DNA of 24,000 nt from an uncultured Eubacteriales bacterium (GCA_964443825.1 CAYUEV010000003.1:11799-35798); one strand, 5' to 3'; positions 8,123 to 13,786 are shown, numbered from the stretch's first letter. Notes: generated by a model from the letters alone, not told the origin. Made by a program: numbers and translations.

Positions 8123-8283
8123 ACGCCGCGCGACGACCGCCAGACGGTTTTGCGCGTCGTCCGCTCTTGTCTTTTTTCGTTACATCTTACAAAACGGTCA
8201 TACTTAAAGTATTCTTCCGCCTTTTATTTCATCTAACAAAAATCTGACGGCGCGTCCTTAACGCGCGGTCATTACGCGGCGGC
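8123..8283 (+). repeat. GC-rich 161-bp repeat, copy B
   Basis: Direct repeat of 6162-6322 with the same length and orientation (see copy A). It lies between the dockerin gene stop (8105) and the 8304-8346 terminator. Confidence 0.8.
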
Positions 8284-8303
8284 TCTTTAAGCGTTTTAGC
8301 GTT

Positions 8304-8346
8304 AAAATTCCCCGCTCCTGACTTAAAGGGGCGGGGCGTTTTATTC
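8304..8346. terminator. Bidirectional intrinsic terminator (dockerin gene / rsmI convergent)
   Basis: 9-bp stem CCCCGCTCC (8310-8318) / GGGGCGGGG (8328-8336), including one G-U pair, with a 9-nt loop. AAAATT lies upstream and CGTTTTATT downstream. Confidence 0.7.
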
Positions 8347-8351
8347 TTTAA

Positions 8352-9179
8352 CTAATCTTCATCTATTAAAACTTTATATATTTCGCTTTTTTTAAATCCT
8401 GTTTTTATGGCCGCGTTTTTAGAAGCCGCGCTTTTTGTTTCGCCTTTCTTAATAAGTTCCCGCGCAAGCCTTACGGCGTAATCCAAGTTGAAAACTCTTT
8501 CCTCTTCTTTTTTTCCTTCTAAAATAATCACATATTCGCCTTTGATTTTAACGTCCTTATACTCTTCGTATGCCTTTTTAAGAGTGGTTACCTCCACGCT
8601 TTCATGAATTTTGGTAAGCTCTTTCGCAAGCGTTACTTTTCTGTCCCCAAAAGTATTAAGAAAGTCGCTTAAAGTCGCCAAAAGTTTATGCGGAGCCTCA
8701 TAAAAAATCATCGTTCTCTTTTCGTTTTTAAGCTCCTCTAAACGCTCTTTTCTTCCGGGTTTATTAACCGTCAGGAACCCTTCGAAAGCGAACCTCGAAA
8801 CGTCCATCCCGCTCGCGGCGGCGGCGGTTACTATTGCCGAGGGACCGGGGACGGACAGAACTTCCACTCCGCTTTCATGGCAGAGCTTCACAAGCCCCGT
8901 TCCGGGATCAGATATGGCGGGCGTTCCCGCGTCCGTTACGAGAGCGCAGTTTTCTCCCGATAAAATCCTGTCTAAAATAACTCCCTCGCGGCTTAATCTA
9001 TTGTGTTCAAAATAGCTTATCATGGGCTTTTTTATCCCAAAGTGATTTAAAAGCTTAACTGTGACTCTCGTGTCCTCGGCCGCTATAAAATCCACGTTTC
9101 CAAGAGTTTCTTTAGCTCTTTCGGAAAAGTCGCCCAAATTCCCAATGGGAGTTCCGACGACAAATAATTTCCCGCTCAT
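8352..9179 (-). CDS. rsmI: 16S rRNA (cytidine1402-2'-O)-methyltransferase
   Basis: 275 aa. GKLFVVGTPIGNLGDFSERAKETL plus the tetrapyrrole-methylase fold pattern (AAEDTR, DAGTPAISDPG) is typical of RsmI. It is adjacent to a YabB-like methyltransferase, as in Bacillus yabB-yabC. Confidence 0.88.
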   Translation of the reverse strand: MSGKLFVVGTPIGNLGDFSERAKETLGNVDFIAAEDTRVTVKLLNHFGIKKPMISYFEHNRLSREGVILDRILSGENCALVTDAGTPAISDPGTGLVKLCHESGVEVLSVPGPSAIVTAAAASGMDVSRFAFEGFLTVNKPGRKERLEELKNEKRTMIFYEAPHKLLATLSDFLNTFGDRKVTLAKELTKIHESVEVTTLKKAYEEYKDVKIKGEYVIILEGKKEEERVFNLDYAVRLARELIKKGETKSAASKNAAIKTGFKKSEIYKVLIDED

Positions 9180-9182
9180 AAT

Positions 9183-9914
9183 TTAATCCTTTTTGTAAGA
9201 GCCTATGATCTTTAGCATTTCTTTTGACAGATTTTCCCCGTCTTTTATATAAAGTTCCGGCTCGACCGTAAGTCCCGGATTTCCCCCCGATCTTCCCTCG
9301 ATAAGGGCTAAAAACGGCGCTTTATTTATTCTTTCCGACGCGAATCTCAATCTCTTTGGCTCGATTTTATATTTTTTCATTGAGGAAATCAACTCGATAA
9401 GTCTTTCCGGTCTTACGCACATATCGAGCTTTCCGCCGAACTTTAAAAGCTTAGACGCGCTTTTCGCAATATCGTCAAAAGAACAACATACCTCGTGCCT
9501 CGCGATTCTCGCGCTTTCGGCTCTGTTTTTAAGACCCGCCCCGTCTTTAGTATAGGGCGGGTTCATGGAAATTAAGTCTAAATTTTCGTTTATAACGCCT
9601 TTAAGGTCTTTTAAGTCGCGGTTTATTGGAACTATATTGTCGACCCCGGAAATTTCAATCGACCGCTTTAACATCTCTATGGCGTTTTCTTGAATATCCA
9701 AGGCGTATATCTTTTTTGGAAGCGATTCTCTTTTCCAATAAAAGGGGATTATTCCCGACCCCGTCCCAAAGTCGCAAACGACCGAATCTTTTTTAGGGAG
9801 AGAAAAGCGCGCCAAAATCAAAGCGTCAGTCCCGAAAGTATACTCGTCGCTTACTATTAAATCAAGATTTTCGCTTATATTTTCTATATGTTCGTTTTCT
9901 TTTAAATTTATCAT
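9183..9914 (-). CDS. SAM-dependent N6-adenine RNA methyltransferase, tRNA1(Val) m6A37 (YfiC/TrmN6/YabB-like)
   Basis: 243 aa with SAM-binding DFGTGSG and the NPPY catalytic motif (MNPPYTKDG). Its start overlaps the stop of the upstream dockerin gene (ATGA, 9911-9914). Confidence 0.75.
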   Translation of the reverse strand: MINLKENEHIENISENLDLIVSDEYTFGTDALILARFSLPKKDSVVCDFGTGSGIIPFYWKRESLPKKIYALDIQENAIEMLKRSIEISGVDNIVPINRDLKDLKGVINENLDLISMNPPYTKDGAGLKNRAESARIARHEVCCSFDDIAKSASKLLKFGGKLDMCVRPERLIELISSMKKYKIEPKRLRFASERINKAPFLALIEGRSGGNPGLTVEPELYIKDGENLSKEMLKIIGSYKKD

Positions 9915-11560
9915 AAACCGGGTATCGGCGGGAGAGTATTTTCAAAGCGGTCTAACGACGCCGAAACCCTGAGCGTTTTTCTCGCGTCCGAAGCCGTGAT
10001 TTTCCCGTCGCCGTTTGTGTCGGCGGATACAAAATACTCGTTTTCGAGTTTCTGAAGGGCGGAAGAAGTCCTTAAAATCTCTCTCGCGTCGCTTGACGTG
10101 ACGTCCCCGTCGCCGTTTATGTCTCCCGTCACGCTCACTGTATATTCGGTAACCGCGCCGTCTTTATCGACGTTATCCACTTTAAATCCCGTCGCCATGC
10201 CGTCGCCGTCGCTTACAAGCCCGTTATCAAGACCGTGAACCGTAAAGATAGCGCTGTTTTTAAACTCTGATAAAAATTCCTCTACGGTTTCGCCGGGCGC
10301 TACGTTCCTAATAATCATGGTTTTATAATCAACTTTAAGAGGAGAGTCGTCATTTGGTACGATCCTGGTAATTTTCGGCTCTTCGTCCTCGTTTAAATTG
10401 CCGTTATTGTTCGTGTCGCCCAGTACAATAACGTCGATCACCTCTTCACCGCACACAAGGCATGTGTACTTAACTTTAGCCGAAGTTCCGTCCGCAGATT
10501 TTTCCAAGACCTCAAAAGCCCCTAAAGTATGTTCGGTTTTGGGAATTACCACAGGCGCGGAGTTTTCTCCGCAAATGGAGCACACTTTATGTTTTTGCCC
10601 CGTTTCGCTGCAAGTGGGTTCTTTATCTATTATAAATTCTCCCGAGTAATTATGCGCGTTTTCGTCTATGGGGATTACCGTTTCTTCCGATGATTTTCCG
10701 CAATATACGCATTTTTTGGACTTTAGTCCCTCTTCAGAGCAAGTCGGCTTTTTATCTATCACAAATTCGTCGGGGTAGGAGTGCGCTTCCGGGTCTATCG
10801 GTATTTCTTTAGAATCCACGGGCGAGCCGCACACGACGCAGTGATAGGACTCCGACCCGGGACTTGAGCAAGTCGCGGGAGCGTTTATCGTTAAAATATT
10901 ATCCGAAATATGTTTTTCCGTTTTAGGTATGACCGAGAATTTAGCCGCCGCGCCGCATAAGTCGCAATAGTACACAATTTCGCCGTCAACGCCGCAAGTA
11001 GGCTCTTTTATGACTTCATATTTGGAGTTTTCAGTCGTTACGTGCGCGTCGGGGTCGGACGGTATTTCTTTCATATCAAAATATTGATGGCATAACGAGC
11101 ATTCATAAGCCTTTTGACCCGCTTCCGAGCAGGTGGGAGCTTTCGTCACCACATAGTCTCCAGACTTTACATGAGCTTCCGGGTCGGGCTTAAACTCGGT
11201 AAAATCCACTTTCTGGTTGCAGTCCGCGCAAATACGGTACCCGTACCCGCCTGTTTGGCACGTGGGCTTAGTTTCATAGAACCACGTGTCCGGCACGTTC
11301 GAATGAGCGTCCGGATCAATGGGAATCGTCACGTTCTCAATGTACCCGCACACGACGCATTTACGGTACTTCAGCCCCTCTTTAGAGCAAGTCGCGGGAA
11401 CGGCGAGAGTATAATCATCAATAAATGTATGCTTTTCGCATTGACCGTAATCCGCTAAATATGGCTCTTTAATCGATATTTCATCTTTCTCCGCCGTAAA
11501 GCACAACGTCGCCGCAATCAAGACCAACCCAATACCCAAAGCGTAAAATACTTTTTTCAT
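9911..11560 (-). CDS. Membrane-anchored/secreted Cys-rich tandem-repeat protein with C-terminal dockerin
   Basis: I prefer ATG 11560 (MKKVFYALGIGLVLIAATLC, a signal/anchor) over TTG 11593. It has seven tandem modules of about 43 aa and then a spacer domain. It ends in the dockerin DINGDGDVTSSDAREILRTSSAL...DTNGDGKITASDARKTLRVSASL (9953-10126). Confidence 0.85.
   Translation of the reverse strand: MKKVFYALGIGLVLIAATLCFTAEKDEISIKEPYLADYGQCEKHTFIDDYTLAVPATCSKEGLKYRKCVVCGYIENVTIPIDPDAHSNVPDTWFYETKPTCQTGGYGYRICADCNQKVDFTEFKPDPEAHVKSGDYVVTKAPTCSEAGQKAYECSLCHQYFDMKEIPSDPDAHVTTENSKYEVIKEPTCGVDGEIVYYCDLCGAAAKFSVIPKTEKHISDNILTINAPATCSSPGSESYHCVVCGSPVDSKEIPIDPEAHSYPDEFVIDKKPTCSEEGLKSKKCVYCGKSSEETVIPIDENAHNYSGEFIIDKEPTCSETGQKHKVCSICGENSAPVVIPKTEHTLGAFEVLEKSADGTSAKVKYTCLVCGEEVIDVIVLGDTNNNGNLNEDEEPKITRIVPNDDSPLKVDYKTMIIRNVAPGETVEEFLSEFKNSAIFTVHGLDNGLVSDGDGMATGFKVDNVDKDGAVTEYTVSVTGDINGDGDVTSSDAREILRTSSALQKLENEYFVSADTNGDGKITASDARKTLRVSASLDRFENTLPPIPGL
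10529..11428 (-). repeat. Seven in-frame tandem modules of about 43 aa, P-[AT]-C-x9-C-x2-C-x15-17-H (Cys3His, zinc-ribbon-like)
   Basis: The modules end at residues 97, 141, 184, 228, 271, 314 and 355 of the 560-aa track ORF. Each carries PTC..G....C..CG....IP....AH. An eighth degenerate unit (YTCLVCGEEV) follows. Confidence 0.8.
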
Positions 11561-11619
11561 TTTCTTTTCTCTTCTCCCTGTTCTGTTTGACAAATCGCGC
11601 CGTACACCTAGCCGCGTAC

Positions 11620-11648
11620 ATTATACCACAATTTTTCATTTTTGTCAA
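11620..11648 (-). promoter_or_regulatory. Consensus sigma-A promoter for the Cys-repeat dockerin gene
   Basis: The minus strand reads TTGACA (11648-11643), a 17-nt spacer ending in TGG, then TATAAT (11625-11620), giving an extended -10. It lies about 60 nt upstream of ATG 11560. Confidence 0.7.
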
Positions 11649-11867
11649 ATATGCGTTAGATTTTGGATATTAGATTTAGACGCTAGATACCAAACGTCAG
11701 ACCGAAAACGGCTGATTTTTCTATAAGAAGAGCGATGAATATTAGACGTCAATTAGAGATAAGGATAAAATTTTAAACCGCTTTACTGTCCGCTAATCGC
11801 CGATCGCCGCCGAACGCCGCGGCAAAACCGGCTTTTTTACAATTTTATCATCTATCGTCTAATATAG

Positions 11868-11926
11868 TTCTCCCCCGAGCGTGGACGACGCGTCAAAAAC
11901 GGCGACGTCGCGACTCCGGGGGAGAA
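11868..11926 (-). repeat. 59-nt GC-rich hairpin carrying a reverse-oriented copy (C) of the repeat-family core
   Basis: Outer stem TTCTCCCCCGAG (11868-11879) / CTCCGGGGGAGAA (11914-11926). The minus-strand interior CGCGACGTCGCC-GTTTTTG-ACGCGTCGTCC-ACGCTC aligns with copy B CGCGACGACCGCC..GGTTTTG-CGCGTCGTCC-GCTC at about 31 matched positions. Confidence 0.6.
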
Positions 11927-12048
11927 GTTCATATTAAAAAAAAAGATTTTTCGGCGGGCGCGGCGTCCTCCCGCATCTCTTTTAGCCCAGTAGGCGCGTG
12001 GTTGCCGCGAAATTGACCACCTCGAAAAACCTTCCCAAGGGTATTGTA

Positions 12049-12486
12049 TCATATTTGTTTTCTTTTGTAAAGTATATTTTTTGTCCTTAAATACCTCAGC
12101 CATCTTTTTTCATTTATTCTTAAAAAAGTTATAATGGAATTTTTATATTTCGGCGGGTCATCGGGTTTAACAAGCCGCATCACTACCTGGAATTTTTCTT
12201 TTTCTGAAAATTCTTTCAAGATAACCGCCGTGTAAACCTGATTGGATTCGATAATATAATCCGGCTCCTTAATGATTTCAGGGAGATATTTCGAGAAATT
12301 TTCATAAACGCCCGGTCGCCTGCTCTCTATGTGTTCAATTTGCCTTGCAGTGATAATAACGTCGTCTGTCAATATATTTTTCGCGACGCATTTATAAATA
12401 TCTTTATTTATTTTTCCTATTTGGAAAATATTGTCTTCATGCATTGCTAAAACGTTGCTAAATTCAGAATTTAAAAGGCTTATCAT
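12049..12486 (-). CDS. Hypothetical 145-aa protein; resembles PBECR-type (Barnase/EndoU/ColicinE5-D/RelE-like) nuclease toxin domains
   Basis: ATG start in a low-GC region. The motif layout ..ITARQIEHIESRRPGVYENFSKYLPEIIKEPDYIIES.., FQVVMRLV and NSIITFLRINEKRWLRYL matches my recollection of PBECR domains. No search was run. Confidence 0.7.
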   Translation of the reverse strand: MISLLNSEFSNVLAMHEDNIFQIGKINKDIYKCVAKNILTDDVIITARQIEHIESRRPGVYENFSKYLPEIIKEPDYIIESNQVYTAVILKEFSEKEKFQVVMRLVKPDDPPKYKNSIITFLRINEKRWLRYLRTKNILYKRKQI

Positions 12487-12510
12487 CGCGCTTGTGTTTA
12501 AATAAGTCCT

Positions 12511-12831
12511 CTAAATCCATTTCCGATTGCGTCCATGCGCAAAACCTATATCGTAATAGTCACAGACGTTTACTTTGTTATTGTCAATTCGACATATCTG
12601 TATCGTTGATCCGTCAACGTCAACAAGTGACTTCCGCTTTACGGCGTTTGGGCAACTATCTTCAATTATCTTGCAAGTTTCTTCAAATTTCATTGGGCTG
12701 TTTTCGGGATTTACGCAATATATATTTAGATTCCATAAAATACCGCCTCGCAAACCAAATTCTTTATCTATATTCTTGTTTGTCGTTGAAGCCGTTCTCA
12801 GAGCGATTTTATCCGCTATACTAATCGTCAA
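12511..12831 (-). CDS. Hypothetical 106-aa Cys-rich protein (unknown family), upstream partner of the 145-aa gene
   Basis: Three ORFs overlap here. Only the minus-strand one has strong purine-first (RNY) codon periodicity and a hydrophilic, protein-like composition. TTG start at 12831 with GGGGAG 10 nt upstream. An alternative ATG at codon 47 cannot be excluded. There is a 24-nt gap to the next gene. Confidence 0.55.
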   Translation of the reverse strand: MTISIADKIALRTASTTNKNIDKEFGLRGGILWNLNIYCVNPENSPMKFEETCKIIEDSCPNAVKRKSLVDVDGSTIQICRIDNNKVNVCDYYDIGFAHGRNRKWI

Positions 12832-12948
12832 TATCGCCCGCTCCCCGCCGCTGACCGCGGCAATAAAAATCTTCGTCCCGCATTCCGGCGTCTAATGCCA
12901 AAAACATAAAAACTATTTCCACTTTTATCATTTTTTTTGGAAAAATAC

Positions 12949-12977
12949 TTGACTTTTTTATTTTTTAATGCTATAAT
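12949..12977 (+). promoter_or_regulatory. Consensus extended -10 sigma-A promoter with no downstream ORF
   Basis: TTGACT (12949-12954), a 17-nt spacer ending in TGC, then TATAAT (12972-12977). Confidence 0.75.
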
Positions 12978-12983
12978 AAAAAT

Positions 12984-13133
12984 ATAGAAGGGTGAAAGGC
13001 GCAAAAGCTATTTACTCGGTATAAAAATCCTTTTTCGTTTTGATTGATTTTTATTAGCTTTCATCTGCTTTTCGCGTTATCATAGGAAGCGTCGCCGAAT
13101 CGGTCCTTGTTTGGCGACGCTTCGCTTTTTTAT
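12984..13133 (+). ncRNA. Candidate small RNA of about 150 nt, unknown class
   Basis: Bounded by the consensus promoter (-10 ends at 12977) and the 13086-13136 terminator. The longest ATG/GTG/TTG-initiated ORF inside is 13 codons and has no SD. Internal complementarity exists (12999-13008 GCG(C)AAAAGC with 13067-13075 GCTTTTCGC; alternatively 13004-13010 with 13055-13061). Confidence 0.5.
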
Positions 13134-13136
13134 TTC
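13086..13136 (+). terminator. Intrinsic terminator (+ strand orientation)
   Basis: Perfect 11-bp stem GAAGCGTCGCC (13086-13096) / GGCGACGCTTC (13113-13123) followed by GCTTTTTTATTT. The T-tract overlaps the stop codon of the convergent HAD gene. Read on the minus strand, the hairpin lacks a following U-tract. Confidence 0.8.
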
Positions 13137-13738
13137 TTATACATTTCTTTGTATTTAAACGGTTTAAGTTTTCCGCCTTTAGTCACTCTTACGCAATGCT
13201 CCGCTAAAGAAAAAATATACTTATCATGTTTAATGCTGTCGGAGAAGACGTTCACGACCTTCGCGTCCGGGTATTTTTCCCTAAACCTTCTAACCTTTTC
13301 CATATCGTGACAATTTTTGCCTATGACTTTCCCTTTTTTGTCATGTTTTGTGCATATGTGGTCGTCCATTTTTATCCTTTCGGCTATTTCGTCGATTAAA
13401 AAGTCGGGACTCGCCGAAATCATTACCGAATACCTTGTCCCCGCTTCTCTTTTAGCCCAGTCGTAAACGTCTTTTTCGTGTTTGTCCCAAAATTTTTTTA
13501 CGGCCTCTTTAAGGGGAATAATGCTAATATATGAGAATATCGGCGTTTTCACTTTGGTAAGGTCGTATATCCCCAACCCGTAAAGAATAAAGCCTATAAT
13601 CTGATATGGCAAACACAAAAGCGTCTGCGGGTACCGGGCGGCACAAAACAAATAAAACTTAAACCCGCTGTCATACGGTATCATCGTTTTATCGAAATCA
13701 AAAATATTTATTTCTTTTTTAGATTTTTCGTTTTCCAT
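13130..13738 (-). CDS. HAD-superfamily hydrolase, subfamily IB-like (phosphatase), 202 aa
   Basis: Motif I FDFDKT (DxDxT), motif II ISASP, and motifs III/IV K..(x)..FSDSIKHD. It is a single gene with its own consensus promoter. Confidence 0.75.
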   Translation of the reverse strand: MENEKSKKEINIFDFDKTMIPYDSGFKFYLFCAARYPQTLLCLPYQIIGFILYGLGIYDLTKVKTPIFSYISIIPLKEAVKKFWDKHEKDVYDWAKREAGTRYSVMISASPDFLIDEIAERIKMDDHICTKHDKKGKVIGKNCHDMEKVRRFREKYPDAKVVNVFSDSIKHDKYIFSLAEHCVRVTKGGKLKPFKYKEMYKK

Positions 13739-13786
13739 TTTATTTATCCGCGGCGGGCGCGTCCATCCTTTGTTAAAACTCAGTTC

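Noticed and set aside
11852-12103. 83-aa minus-strand ORF across the repeat region
   Set aside because: It overlaps the 3' end of the 145-aa gene and runs through the GC-rich hairpin and the A9 run. Its Arg-rich, low-complexity product has no SD. Its only meaningful part (YWAKRDAG) is better explained as a remnant of HAD-like sequence.
12700-12831. Idea that the 106-aa ORF is itself derived from a HAD paralogue (IADKIALRT vs IDEIAERIK)
   Set aside because: The similarity is confined to about 9 residues. No HAD motif III or IV equivalents are present, and the rest of the alignment is unconvincing.
12492-12895. Two + strand ORFs (110 aa and 106 aa) overlapping the minus-strand 106-aa ORF
   Set aside because: Their products are Cys/Leu/Ser/Arg-rich or uniformly hydrophobic, as expected for antisense shadows. 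They lack codon periodicity and an SD, and they would run head-on into the cassette. The minus-strand frame shows clear RNY periodicity.
12988-13010. Possible c-di-GMP-I (GEMM) riboswitch because of GGGTGAAAGGCGCAAAAGC
   Set aside because: Only a short GCAAA/GAAA-like resemblance is present. The paired two-hairpin architecture with tetraloop and receptor is not there, and no + strand gene lies downstream to regulate.
13044-13085. 13-codon hydrophobic ORF (MIFISFHLLFALS) inside the candidate sRNA as a type I toxin
   Set aside because: It is too short for known type I toxins, starts with TTG and has no SD. I treated it as a chance ORF in T-rich sequence.
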